A DNA stretch of 64,000 bases from Gracilinanus agilis (GCF_016433145.1 NC_058134.1:48404388-48468387); one strand, 5' to 3'. Counted from the stretch's first letter, positions 50,181 to 63,534 are shown. The notes: generated from the sequence alone by a model not told the origin. Translations and numbers: made by a program.

Positions 50181-50365
50181 GGGGCAGCTAGGTGGTAGAG
50201 TGAATAGAGAACACCACACCTCTGGTCTGGAGGGTCTGGGTCCAAATCTGACCTAAGACACATCCTTGTTGTATAACCTTTGGCAAGTCACTTAACCCCA
50301 ATTGCCTAGACTTTGCCCTTCTGTCCTAGTGTCATTACTAAGATAGAAAGTAGGGTTTAAAAAAT
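50181..50365 (+). mobile_element. SINE1-type SINE (older)
   Basis: ggggcagctaggtgg head and ggcaagtcacttaacccc core. Confidence 0.7.
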
Positions 50366-52349
50366 TTATGGTGACAAAATGTTTTTGGCCCCAAACTCCA
50401 AAAGCTAAAAATGATAATGAACCTCACATCAGTGAATTCCCAGTAGGCTTTCAGTAGCCATCATGTTTCTGGTTTAAAAAACAAACAAACAAACAAATAA
50501 AAAATCTGTTTCCAGATTACCCAGGCTTTCTTTATATGTAATACAGGGGGCTTATTTAGACTGGCAAAAGCCATTATTGGTGCATGAGTATGGCAGCCCA
50601 GTCAGGTCAAGAAGACTGTTAAATTCTGAATCCTAAATATTTCCCAAAGTTACTAAGAACTAATTACTCTGAGTTCTATAGTTCTCCCTTTACCTGGTAA
50701 TATTTTTAAAATTTTCTCTCTACCCTTCAGTTTTTGCACCTTCCAGTTAAAGGTCCACAAAAAAAGATCAATCAACAAATATTTAGTAAACACTGACTAT
50801 GTATCTGACATTTTCCTGGGTGCAAGGATGCTAAGGCAAAAATGAAATCCTTCCTACTCTGGTTTGGTAACCCCCAAAGGGGTCGGTAGAAAGAGCAATT
50901 CCAACCTGGGTATGGGAAGACAGTGTCTAAACTGGAAAAAAAAACAAATGTAAACCAAACCTTACCAGGAAGACTACAGAGTAAGGAAGGCTGGTTGCTG
51001 GACAGTTCTGTGTGCAGAGAGATACAAAGGAAAATCCAAAAGGAAAGCAAGGAGTTCCAAGCGTCTACTCATTTGATGGCCTGAATTCATCTTTTTATTA
51101 TGGCAGCTTGAGCCATCCACTTTTACTCAGCATTCTATGCCAACACAGTCTTGCTTGGGTCCCCCAAGAATCCCTCTGACTAAGCTGCCCTCCCTAAATC
51201 ACTGGCATGCACTGTCAAGTACTTAACTCCATCCTGTGTTCCAAGAAAACACACATTCCTGGAGCATGGACAGGAACTCTGCTACTGGCCTACTTTCCTT
51301 CTTGGTTTATATAGAAGGGATATAAAGATGCTCAGATAGGTAAAGGCAACTTCTTGATATAATACGTACAAGCCCTGGACCTTAAGGCACTGAGCCCATA
51401 TATCTTGCCTACCTGCTATGTTGAGTTCCTCCCTGTTGTATCTATAGTTTTCTCTCCCTATGCCTGACTAATTTCTTACAAGGCTTTCTGGAGTTCCTTT
51501 GACAAAAAAATCCTTGCACGATCCCCTACTTTTCTCTAGAAAAATTTCTTCACTTGCATAATCAGGGTAGAAATATCTCTACTTCCCCTGAATTCGGTTA
51601 CTAAGAAACTTAATGAAAATTTAAAAAAAAAAACCTCGAGAAAATAAACCCACAAAAACTTTTAAAAGAATGTTTTTTGATTCAAACACATTTACATAGT
51701 AGCTAACCACAGATGGTGCTACATGACATAATTTACTGTATTTAGGAAAGGATGGACAGACTCTAGTTCTGTCTTCCTTTCTTTTGCTTGAGCCTTGTCT
51801 GAGGAACACATTTTGAACCTCTCTCTTTGAGTTTAAGCATTTTCCTTTCCTTTTTCTCTTTTGATTCTTCTCTATCTCCATTCCCTCTCTATTATACACA
51901 GCAATTAACAAAAAGGAAAAGTCTAAAGGACCTTGGACTTTTAGGGTTGGAGGGGTCTTTAAAGATCACCTATTCAAACCAGCTAATTTTATAGGTGAGG
52001 AAACTATTACCCAGAGAAGTTCAGTTTCTTGCCAAAGGTCAGATACACACAGTTAGTGGCAGAACTGGTCAGGTGGGTTGATCAAATAAGTAACTCACAT
52101 GGGAGGTCAAAAAAAGACACTTAAAGGCTAAAAAGTGGTCTCTTCACATTTCTGAGCAGAGGAATGATGGACCAGAGCATTAGGCACATCATGAAGATTA
52201 CACTATGTTCCTTCCTTGCCTTTCAACTAAGCCTCACTTAATGGGTTTGGAACATCTATTGAGGGCAGATTTTGAAACACGTGCAAATTTTTCTTGCCTG
52301 ACTTCATTGTGTCAGCATGGAAGCATGGATTGGGCTAACTTTGAGCCAT

Positions 52350-52800
52350 TATACTATGAAATGATGGACAGTTCTCTAACTGGCTACCGAAGCCAAAAGA
52401 ATTGATGAATTAAAGGTTGCTGTGTTGGAACTCAGTTGTGTATACCAAAGGGATGACCCATCCCTTCATTATTCTCTTTTACAGCTCTGAGGAGGTAAGA
52501 CCACTTTGAATTGCCTCTAAAGGCCAGATGAGATAAATCCAGAGCTGCTCTGTCTCCCAGTGTGGCAGTCATTAGATTGGCAGATGACCCTTTCTCTGCA
52601 TTCATTCTTTCTTGATCTTGGCAAATATGTTTTCTGATGTGGGAATATCCAGGTGATCTGGTGAATTTGGAAGATCCAGAGGACCCCATCAGAAAGAAAT
52701 GCAGAAGTGCAAATTGGATGTTGTTTAAGAACCTTTTGGTCAGTGGTTCAGTAAGAACCTGTTGCAGTAACTTGATGTCTTTCTCTGCCCTCGAAATATT
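52350..52800 (+). mobile_element. Degraded CR1/L3 (or L2) reverse-transcriptase fragment
   Basis: Stop-interrupted frame DGQFSNWLP...IRLADD...GDLVNLEDPEDPI resembles CR1 RT (NG..SSW.PV...KFADDTKLGG..NTLED). Confidence 0.4.
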
Positions 52801-55800
52801 TTTAGTCCCAAAACCAACATAATTTATTAGAATTAAATTATGATTTTTTCTGGAACAATGTTGTAAACTTTAATAGATCCAAATGTTTGAGTGAGGGGAA
52901 AAGCCCTTAATTTAATATCTGAGGTTCTACTCAAATTCTAAGGAGGGTCTCGAATACCAGCTGTGTAACCCTGGCCAAGATGATTAACCCGGTTTTGTCA
53001 TCTGTAACATGATCTGGAGAAGGAAATGGCAAACTATCCCAGTATCTTTGCCAAGAAAACCCCAAATGGATCAGGAAGAGTTGAGCAGGACTGAAAGGAC
53101 TGAACAAGAACAACAAATTCAAATCTTTGTTTCATTCAGTGTTTCTAATCTTGGGTCATGTCTCAGTTTTTATCTTCATCTATAAAATAAGGAACTTGCA
53201 TTAGATGTTTTGTAATGTCTTTTACATCTATAAAGCCTATGAATGGGTTCTTTTTTTCTCCTATACATGACTGTACCCACAGTTGGTAAGTTTTGTTGTC
53301 TTAATGGTTGCCCATATGTGGCTCATATCCTGCTATATGCCACCTATGGAAAAACAGTTTGCCATTTAATCAGACAAGTAGGGAGTATAGTAGATATTAA
53401 ACAGGAGATACTAACTTTAAATGACTAGCTAATTGGTAACATTGGAACATATCTAATATGTTTGCCTCATTCCTCAGTAGTTACAAGTATCTCCAATTCT
53501 AAGCAGGGGGCTCTCACCTACAGCTCTTGGACTATACCCCCTCCCACCCCACATTTGGGAAACCTCTTGCTCTTGACTTATCAACCTTATTTCTAGTCAG
53601 ACATTTGACTCTTAAAATACAGCAAGGTGAAGCTATTGCATAGGAAAACTTCAAAAATTCCATTTTGCCTAAATCATCTTTCCTGAAGATTTTCCTGGCT
53701 CCTCTTATGGTTCCTGGGCTATGAGAAGGACTAGAGGAAGATTTGCCTGAAAGATGGTTTCTACAAATAGTTGGGGAAAACAGGAAAAGAAGACTAGAAG
53801 ACAAATCCCACCAGTGGGTAAAGTTCTCACGATGTATACTGCCTGGTCTCTCTCAGAACAATGATCCCATATGCCATTGATGGTCTTTTCTCCAATGCAA
53901 CTCTCACCTCCACTCTGGGTTTTCTGCATTGCTTTTGAATCACCATAACTCTCTAAGATCTATCTTCATTTCTTCTACTGATTTGGGGCTGCAGGGGAAA
54001 AGATGATGAGCAATAATCAGCCACTAAGTGGCCACTTGTGCTCACAAGGATAAGTGGGAATCTCTTCAAGGGCAAAGAATATAGGGAACTTTGAGATATG
54101 TAGGGTTTGCATGCCTTCATGCAGCTTTCTGTGTCTCACTAACTTCTTTCTTTCTTTAAGAAGAAGGAGGAAGGGCCATTTGAAGTCCCTATTACAAATA
54201 TTTCTTATTAGTCACCAAAACTTCCGTAATGAAGGCACTTCCTTAAGGCAGACATGCAACAATGTCCAAAGATGTAGTTCAGATAGACTGATAGGTGGTG
54301 TTTGTGGAACCAGTACTGGACTTGGAATCATGAAGACCTGAGTTCTGGGCCTGTCTCTGATACTGGATTAGTTGTGTGATTCTAGGTTGGGCAAGTCATT
54401 TAACTTTTGTCCTCAGTTTCCTCATCTATAAAATGGTGGTAAGTATTACAACACCATCACAATATAGTTTTGAGACTCAAATTAGAATATGTAAAAAATG
54501 TTGCAAAATTTAAAATGTTATGTAAATTCTAGTTATTTCTATTATATTACATTATATTAGTCACAATTTGAATTGATTTCTTTTCCTTTTAGAGAGCCAT
54601 AGTAGATTCCTTGCTAAGATCTAGAAAGTTCATTGACAACACATGTGAGAGATCTTACAGGGTCATTTATTTTTGTGTTTTGCCAATCTTAGCCATTTTA
54701 AATTGAGTTTTGTTGGTTTTCCTTTCAGAGGATGACCTTTTCTGACCTGCTCCCCAAATTCTGCAGATGCATCTGATTTAGCTTCTTATGCACTGAGGAC
54801 AAAAGCATCTTTGTCGAGCAGAGTTACTACACAACTGAAAATCGTTTTATTGCTGGCTCACCACTTTCTTTAGAATTAGCTTATAGGAGAAGTAGGAAAG
54901 AGACAGGAAAGACAAGTAGGTGGAACAAAAGAGGCTGTGGACTAGAGTGGGTGTGGGAAGAGAGGAGTGGAAGTCTTGTGCAATTTTGGTGGGTAAATAA
55001 TTTTAAAATCAGTCTTAATTTTGGTATTTATGATGATCACGGTAGGGATATAAGGACTTACAATTGCAAGGTCACACAATTGACTTGTAGTTCACCCATG
55101 GAAATCAGTCTCTGGGGAATCAATTCACACTAGTAAGAAATTAATTATGTATTTTGGGGTTACAGTTCTCTGTCCTCAACTTGTACTGGTGAATCAGGTC
55201 TCTTAAGGGACAAGTAGGCAAGGTCCAAGATATTTGGTGAATTCCTGTTGTTCACAGTTCACAAGGCCCTGGGGATTACTTCAAAATACCTTCCCAATAA
55301 ACCTGGAGTTCAATTTGCCACAATTATACCATTGGTGGGAGGAAATGATGTATATGCATGAGTTCATTAAGATGGAGACATACACTTAGGGACCAAAAGC
55401 TACTACTCATCCTTCTGATTCATCAGGGTTCTAAAGTCTTTTCAATTCTCATAATAGCCTCATACTCTTCCCTCTTGGAGGGAATCTGTCCTGGGCAGGT
55501 TACTCTGATGCTAGGCTTGGTTTGCTCTTTATAGGATGGCCATAGTCTCTGTCTTCTACTTCTGGCTCAACTGCAATCCCCAGTTGGGGTCAAATTGCTG
55601 TGCTTTTTCAGAAAGAGCAGAAACTTTTGCCGTAGGACCAACGTGAGCTAGAAAATAATATAATTATATAGATTCATGGTTTCATGTCTAGCTTCAAAGA
55701 GTTCTTGCTATAGATCCAATGTCAATTTGTCTGAGGGATCTGTTGGAGCCTAAGCCAGAGGTGTCAGACTTGTGGGCATAATTTCAGAGTGGAGCCAAAA

Positions 55801-55892
55801 GCAGATTAAAATGTAATTGGGAAATGTTTAGCAAAATAAAATTAAAATACAAAATAAATAATAGATATCATGATAGCAAATCAACATAGTAA

Positions 55893-56540
55893 TCCAGGTT
55901 AGATGACAGGGTAGAAATCATTTCTCCTTTTCTCATAGCAAAGCATGTACCCAACTGAATATTGAGGTGTCTTTTTCTCTTCCTGAGATACTTTAGCAGA
56001 GATCTCCAATGCTCAGTGAGGTTGTTCACTCACATCCACCTTCCAAAAGTGTCTGCCAGAGACAAAGGTCTGCTGTCCAAGAACAAAATAATGAAGATAA
56101 GGGAGATTTTTCAGTCCTGTTGGACTGAGCTCACACTCTTCAAATCTTCAGATACAATGATGTAGGGACTGGCTGTTGTCAGATCCATACTGTTATTCAC
56201 TTTCAGTTTCTTTAGCCTGTCCTTCAAACCAGTGATAGTATATATATATTTTTTAATTTGGGGGTGACAATCTTGGGCCTTTCAGAAATCAGGGATTCAC
56301 TCCTCTGCAACAGCTTTCTGCCCTCCTCAAAGAACTACAGATCAGATCTACATATTCCAGTCATCACTTTGATAGCATTTTCACTGTTTTTTACATGTTT
56401 GTATATTGCATTATTGATAAAGTGACATGGTAGATGGCACTGAATTCCTAGGTATATTGGAAGTACAAGCTTATCTTGTACTTTTCCCTGATTTGGTAAT
56501 GGAAAAGCAGTGGCTGCCATGATGGTATGATACATCTGGT
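55893..56540 (-). pseudogene. Processed TRIM/B30.2 (PRY-SPRY) pseudogene, decayed
   Basis: Minus-strand frames read SDL*FFEEGRKLLQRSESLISERPKIVTPKL..(fs)..ITGLKDRLKKLKVNNSMDLTTASPYIIVSEDLKSV..(fs)..VLGQQTFVSGRHFWKVDVSEQPH*AL. This is the coiled-coil end, PRY and the SPRY 'F.SGRHYWEV' motif, with no introns between the normally separate small exons. Confidence 0.8.
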
Positions 56541-56689
56541 GATGGGCTCTAGACCAGTTAGAAAGTATTAACAATCTCCAGGTTAAACATTCCAGAAATA
56601 GGATCAGTAATTTCTTGGCCAAGTGATTGGATCATGCCCTATATGCCAATAATAACTTTTCCTCTTTAAAAAAAACTCAATTAAATTTT

Positions 56690-57430
56690 CTAAGAATGAT
56701 TAAGCATTTTTCTCTCCTTCCCACCTTCCACCACCTTCTTCAATAGAAAAACTAAATCCTTCTAACAGATACAAATATTCAAGCAAAATAAAATTCTGTA
56801 TTGGCCATGTCTGAAAATATGTTTTGGGTCTATCACTTGTCAGGATATGAGGATCACTGCCTTACCACTGGTTCTTTGGAATCATAGTCAGTCATTGCAT
56901 TGATCAGAGTTTTTAAGTCTTTAAAGTTGTTTGTCTTTACAAAATTGTAATTGCATAATAGTACTACTCCTAGTTCTGCTCACATCACTGCATCAATTCA
57001 TAAAGTCTTTTCACGTTTTTTCTGAAACCATTCCCTTCATTATTTCTTAAGCAAATAACAGCCCATCACATTCACATTCACATTCACATACCATAACTTG
57101 TTCAGCTAAGCCATACCAAATTGAGGGTTATTGCTCTAGATATTTTTGCACACCTGATTCTTTTTCTTCTTTATTTGAAATCTTAAGGCATAGGCCTAGT
57201 AGTAGTGTATCTGGATTAAAAGGTTTGCAGTTTACTGGCTTTCTGGACATTCTTCTAAATTGCTTTCCAAAATGGCTATCCTATGTATTATTGTACCTGT
57301 TTTCCAGAAGCATCTCCAACATTTGTGATTTTCTTTTGTCATTATCTTTGCAAATCACTTTAATTTTCATTTCTCTATTAATAACCTGGAACTTTTTTAA
57401 AAATAGGACTGTTGCTAGCTTGGATTTCCC
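56690..57430 (-). mobile_element. Old L1 3' fragment
   Basis: Reverse L1 3' UTR/ORF2-end motifs (ggcataggcctagtagtagtgtatctgga, ttaattttcatttctct). Confidence 0.65.
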
Positions 57431-57439
57431 CCTCTAAAA

Positions 57440-57935
57440 ACTCTGCTCATAATAAAGAACTGGAGGAATTCCATGTGAACTGGAGAGACCTCCAGGAATT
57501 GATGCAGAGTGAAAGGAGCAGAGCCAGAAGAACATTGTACACAGAGACCAATATATTGTGGTAAAATCGAATGTAATGGACATCTGTACTAGCAGCAATG
57601 CAAGGATCCAGAGTAAGGCTGAGGGACTTATATGAAAGAAAACTAGTCACATTCAGAGGAAGAACTGTGGGAGGAGAAACACAGAAGAAAAACAACTGCT
57701 TGAACACATGAGCTGATGGGGATATTATTGGGGATGTAGACAGTAAATGATAACTCTAGTCCAATTATCAATAATATGGAATTAGGTCTTGATCAATGAT
57801 ATGTATAAAACCCAGTGGAACTGTGTGTTGGCGCAAGGGGGGTTAGGGGGGTTTGGGGAAGAGGGAAAGAACATGAAATATGTAACTATGGGAAAATATT
57901 CAAAATAAAAATAAAAATATTTAAAAAAGTAAAAA
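57440..57935 (+). mobile_element. L1 3' end
   Basis: Close match to window 590-1040 (ctggaggaattccatgtgaactgg...gcaatgcaagg...). Confidence 0.88.
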
Positions 57936-59437
57936 CTCTGCTCATATCCTTTGACTTATGTATGAGCTGGGGAAGAAATAGTTTTTCAAGGTTGTCCCGT
58001 TGCTGAGTCATGTAAATTATTCAACATGGATAGTCTTGTCTCCCCTCATACCAAGTGGTCAACCCAGAAAAGCTCACCCCAAGCTCTCAAAGTTCCCATA
58101 AATTAGGAACTCTAAGGCTTTCTATTCTTAAACTGGGAAGAAACTATTAGAAGCAGATAAAAATTACAAAAGAAAATTGTGATTTTGAGAGAGCCCTTCA
58201 ACCCTGAAGGAGGAGGATTTCTGAACAATATGCATTAGATTGTAAGTTCCTTGAGGGCAGAGATTGTGCTTTTTTGTTTTTGTTTTCTTTTCTTTTTTTT
58301 TTTTGTATCCTTAGCACTTAGCCCAGTGCCTGGCATGTAGGGAGTACTTAATAAAAGGCAATGATGGATTAATTGATATGAAAGATTTGGAAAGATCCGC
58401 CAAGGCTTAACTTCCTCTTGGTAAATGGTGGCTGTGGAAAGGGGGTAGCTTCGTGTGCCTTAGCACCCACCATCACCTGGGAAATTTAGACCTATCCCCA
58501 TTTGGAGGGAATTCACACTGAATAGAGAAAATACATGGAGAGCCGGGCATGAAGAGAACAGGGACTGTTCCTGGTTGGATCCCCTGGATATGCCATGCCA
58601 GATAAATTGGTAAACAATGGGTTGGAAAACAAAGGCCTAGAAATGCCCTCTTCCTTTTTTAGGCCCTAGTAAGCGGGCCTGTTGTGGAGAGGGGGTAGAT
58701 GGGGACCAGGGCCTTCGTCTTTCCTGAAATTGGGGAAGTTGATGTAAATGTGCAGGCACCACGTCTCAAAGGGGAACTCCTACCCTCTGTAAGAAGGCCG
58801 GATGGCTAACCTTTTACTTCCACTCCAAGTATTAATAGTTCAGGTACGAGAATCCATAGTCAGAGATTACAGTTGAAGAACAGGCCCTAAATCCTAGAAT
58901 CTGTGCTTCAGGAACTGCTTCTATTTGTTCTGGGGACATCTGGGTATTATTCACTGGTTTCAATACTTCTTTTTTTTTTTGGGGGGGGGAGAGGGGCTGT
59001 CCTAATACTGAGATTTATGGCCAATGGGAGGAGAGAACCCTGAGGTTCAGGGATATGGCAGATCATTAAGAGTTTATGCAGCTCTTACCTACAGTGGAAT
59101 CTGCCCACTTAGCAATATAAACTCAGAAGAAAATTCAAATAATTACGATGGTTTCAGGTATGTTGTTACAATTTTCTGCCTCCTTTTTGACACGGGTAAG
59201 GTTGTATGACCCTTTGATAAAAACAACTGAAACTCAGACCCAGCTGCTCTCTTTCAGTATGGTTCTCGGTAATTGTAATGGAACATTATTTTCAGGTACA
59301 TTTCTAAGTGTAAAATAAAGTAGTAAGCCAGCAAATACAGAAAATACCAAAACCAAAATACTGAACCCAAAAGGGCTATTTTTTTATGCCCTCAAATTTT
59401 TTATGCATAGATTCACACAGCCTACAAGAGGCAAATT

Positions 59438-59610
59438 GGGGGGGCAACTGGATAGCTCAGTGGATTGAGAGCCAGACCTAGAGACGGGAGGTCCTGGGTT
59501 CAAATCTGGCCTCAGACACTTCCCAGCTATGTGACCCTGGGCAAGTCACTTGACCCCCATTGCCTAGCCCTTACCACTCTTCTGCCTTGGAGACAATACA
59601 CAGTATTGGT
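59438..59610 (+). mobile_element. Young SINE1_Mdo, tail in a gap
   Basis: Near-consensus body; probable TSD aagaggcaa(a/c)ttgg on both sides of the SINE plus gap. Confidence 0.9.
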
Positions 59611-59771
59611 NNNNNNNNNNNNNNNNNNNNNNNNNNNNNNNNNNNNNNNNNNNNNNNNNNNNNNNNNNNNNNNNNNNNNNNNNNNNNNNNNNNNNNNNNN
59701 NNNNNNNNNNNNNNNNNNNNNNNNNNNNNNNNNNNNNNNNNNNNNNNNNNNNNNNNNNNNNNNNNNNNNNN
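59611..59771. other. Assembly gap (N run)
   Basis: Direct reading. Confidence 1.
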
Positions 59772-60385
59772 TAAATAAAGAGGCAACTTGGACAGATTTC
59801 CATGAGCAAAGGGTCATGGGTTCATGGATGGATGAATTAGGACTAGACAGAATCTTTTCCCAGGGTTTGTGTTTAAATTCTCCTCCTTTCCTCTTAAAAG
59901 ACAATCTATGCATTTTTCCTCTCCCTTATCCCCTTATCCATACAAGAGAATCTATTTTTCCTTGTCCAACATTGGAAAATGGGTTCTTCCCCTGTAGGCC
60001 TCCCCTAGAGGTAGACCATCCAGACAGAAAGAGTTGATGGCTTCGCTGTGTTCTTGCTAGGTGGTCCATATTGAGAACCTCATTTTGAGAAGGTCTGATG
60101 GACACGATGAGAGTAACACAAACTGCAGCTGGAGTTTTTGTACTGGGGCCTCTCAAACATGGCCCCGTGAGGATGGGGCCCAATCTGAGAACGATCACCC
60201 TATCAGATATGTGGTCTGGCTTACCTTGTAACTGATGTGCCTGCCCTTCCTGTACAGTGACGCTCTTCTAGGGGGAGAGTACCAAAATTGCTTGAATACA
60301 CCCAGTTTTTCAGGAGAGTAGGCTTAGGTGTACCTCAGCTGCCTCCCCCGTGTGGGTCAACACACTTTTGGGGCACATGCAACAA

Positions 60386-60517
60386 TGTTTACGCAAAGGG
60401 AAATTCCCTCTGAGACCCACACAGTGCAGATACATCCTCATTGTGCTCCACATGCTTCGCTGTCTGGGCCAGAACCTCTCTGCTGATGGTTCCTCTGCCA
60501 AAGGCCACGTGACGTCA
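60386..60517. promoter_or_regulatory. Candidate enhancer: FOX/C-EBP + NF-kB + E-box/CRE motif cluster
   Basis: TGTTTACGCAA 60386-60396, GGGAAATTCCC 60398-60408, CACGTG 60506-60511 overlapping TGACGTCA 60510-60517; CpGs retained. Confidence 0.45.
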
Positions 60518-60689
60518 ACTGGTACCATCGCTCTTCGTTCTTGAACATCTGAGCTCAGTATTACCCCTGCTCACAAGCAATTGATGGAATGGGCTCGCAA
60601 AATCAACATTGAGTCCTGGGCTAAGTTTCTCATTTCTTCTCATAGAAAAAATGCTGAATTACTGGTTTATGTTGAGTAGTTTGGCAGGA

Positions 60690-60980
60690 AGGAGCTGGGT
60701 GGCTTCATGGATAGAGTGCTGGACCTGAAGTCAGGGAGCCCTGAGACCTGAGAGTTCAAGTTCATCCTTAGACTTATTTGCTTACACTAGAGAGAAATTC
60801 ATGGAGGAAATAAAGTGAAGAATAATATGTTTCAGTCTGCTTAAGTGTGTCTTCCTGGGCAAGTCATTTAATTTCTGATTGCTTGACAAAAAGGAAATGG
60901 CAAACCTCTCCAGTATCCTTGCCAAGAAAACCTTATGGATAGCTATGGTCCATGAAGAGTTGGACACAACTGAATGACAG
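60690..60980 (+). mobile_element. MAR1-type SINE
   Basis: CORE plus ggaaatggcaaacctctccagtatccttgccaagaaaa RTE tail. Confidence 0.75.
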
Positions 60981-61169
60981 AACTAGAAGTCTGGCAGGAT
61001 TAGATATTAGACAGATGGTAGGATCCAATGGAAAGAGCTCTGGATTAGAATCAGAATGCCCGGCTTCAAATGTTGGCTCTTCCATTCACCACCTGTGTGA
61101 CCCTGGGCAAAATGATTTAGCTTACTTGGCTTCAGTTTTCTGTAAACCTGAAGGTTGCTCTAGATTCTT

Positions 61170-61552
61170 CAGGTTCTTAACCTGAAGTTTATGAATTTTA
61201 TTTTTTTTAAACCTTTACCTTCTGTCTCAAAATAGATACAAAATATTGGTTCTAAGGCAGAAGAGCCATAGGGGCTAGGCAATGGGTGTTAACTGGACCC
61301 CCCAAGTAGGAGATGTCCAAGGCCAGATTTGATCCCAAGATGTCCCATCTCCAGGCTTGGCTCTTTATCAGTGGACCACCCAGTTTAAAATAAAAATTGA
61401 TATTTTGATATAATTGGATTCTTTTATAATCCTATATATTTTGTTTTTTGTATCTAAAAACATTGGTTTTTTTTTAAAAAAAATAAAGGGAGTCTATAGG
61501 CTTCATCAATCTGCCAGTGGGGTCCATGGCACAAAACTGGTTAAGAGTCTTT
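61170..61552. mobile_element. MER5-like hAT MITE interrupted by a SINE (about 61200-61385, minus)
   Basis: caggttcttaacctg at the left end and ggttaagagtc at the right end. Confidence 0.5.
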
Positions 61553-62090
61553 GGCTTAGATGACCTATCTCTAAATCTTTGATCTTTCTATATTTTTTTT
61601 CCAAATTCAGATTCAGTTCCAGGTCATTAGAAGTCACTTTTAGCTAATATTTCCCTATTTTAAAAAATCTCTCGAGTGTGTAAATTATAGGATTGTCAAT
61701 ATAATATGACAACCATATTTTGAAAAAAGAACAATAAAATTCTCCACCTCCACTCAATAAATGACACCATTTATGAGTATGTAACATATTAATGGCTTGT
61801 GAATGACTTGAATTTCTCTAGCAGCTTTTCTATTAGTTACCCCTAGTTCCAGAAGTTTCATCTTGAGACCTGTACAGTTCAGTATACCTGTACAGGCTTT
61901 ACAGGTCCAGCCTGAAGAGGTGGGTCAGGAAGTTTTTCTAACATTGAAACTTCCAGTGGTTAAGGCAGAACATAATTTGAACTCCATCATGACAAATGAT
62001 CTAGGGCATCAGCATTCAATAATACGTTTCCAAGTGTGCAGATAGTTGTGTAGTTGAAAGACTAAGAAAACACAAAAGCATTGCCTATAG

Positions 62091-62432
62091 CAGTGATTGC
62101 AAGCCTATGACATGCATGTCAGCACTGACACGTGTAGCCATTTTCGATGACACACGGCTGCATACAGAGAAGTCTGGGGCCGCATGCTGAGGATGAAACA
62201 TTTGCTGTAGTGTAGTGTAGACACTCTGTGCACTATAGATGACAATTCTACCTATATTAATTTACCTATTTTGATTTATTAAATAGTTATATATTACAAT
62301 TATACATTTTGTTACTTAAGCTATAAATATCACAAAATTGTGTTTTTTTCCTCAAAAAGGCACACCACCCGAGTTATGCTCAGTTTTTTGGCAAATTTTG
62401 ACACACCAAGCTCAAAAGGTTGCCCATCACTG
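62091..62432 (+). mobile_element. Non-autonomous hAT MITE of OposCharlie1 (OC1)/hAT1 type, 342 bp
   Basis: Imperfect 16-bp terminal inverted repeats CAGTGATTGCAAGCCT / (rc) CAGTGATGGGCAACCT (12/16). Subterminal palindromes TGACATGCATGTCA and TGTCAGCACTGACA. The TSD is degenerate. Confidence 0.75.
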
Positions 62433-62689
62433 TTTACAGTAACAATGTAGGCTTATCCTTAAAGCAAAGATCACTTCTGATCAGTTTAAGATGGAAGCTC
62501 ATGGAGTTATTGGGAATACTTCTTGACTCTCATAACCATGACCAGAACTTCTTTGTCATTTATTTGTAATTCTGCTCTATAGATGACATTGTTCTTGTGC
62601 GGGCATCAGGTAGCATCTCAGGACCATCTGACAATGTGTGCCAGGCACTGATCTACTATCATAAATGAAGCATTGATGATATAAGAAAC

Positions 62690-63240
62690 CAGTGGCTTTT
62701 GGTTCAGAATTTCAGAAGACCCTCATGACATTATTCTGAAAGATTCATATAAAATGATACAAAGTGAAGTGAGCAGAACCAGAAGGACATTGTACACTGT
62801 AACAATAATGTATATTGATCAAATGTGGATGACTTGATTATTTTCAACAAGGCAAGAATCCAGGACAATTCCAAGGGACTCCTGATGTAAGAGAATATCC
62901 ACCATCATAGAAAAAAGCAGGAGTCTGAATGCAGATTGAAACATACCATTCTTCACTTTATTTCCTCCATGAATTTCTCTCTAGTGTAAGCAATATGTCT
63001 TGTTTCACCTGATGAAAAGGGAAATATGTATTATATGATAATATGTGTACAACCTACATCATCCTACATGCCTTCTTGGAGTAGGGGAGGAATGGGATGG
63101 GGGGAAAAAGAATAAGACTTAGATTTTAAAACATAGCTAATGTGAGAATTTGTTTTTCTTGGATAAGTATATTTATAATAAATCATTTTTATGATGTTAT
63201 TATGTTACATTATATCATTATATATAAAAATTAAAAATAA
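62690..63240 (+). mobile_element. Old L1 3' end
   Basis: gaagtgagcagaaccagaaggacattgtacac...ggagtctgaatgcagattgaaacatac... motifs. Confidence 0.75.
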
Positions 63241-63534
63241 ATATGCTTTTAACAAAAGAGAAAAAAGCCAATGATTCCTTTACAATTCAAAAAGCATCTT
63301 CATTGTTCAATTCCATATAGGTTTGCAACTCCAATATCATCCTCAACTCTTCACTCTTTTGCATAACAATCAGTTGTTAAATATTGGCATTTCTACCTCC
63401 AAGAAATATTTAACATGCATCTCCCCTTCTCCACACTAACATGACCACATCACTATTTCAAACTCTCATTACTTCTCACCTAGACTATTGGTCTCCTTCC
63501 TTCTGTCTTTATGTCTTAAGTGCCTAGCACATGT

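Noticed and set aside
54600-54830. Possible second TRIM coiled-coil remnant (SVHKKLNQMHLQNL..KENQ, minus strand)
   Set aside because: Similarity is too weak and stop-ridden to support without a profile search.
58400-58800. PU.1/NF-kB-like GGGGAA motifs
   Set aside because: Short, dispersed motifs expected by chance; much weaker than the 60.4-kb cluster.
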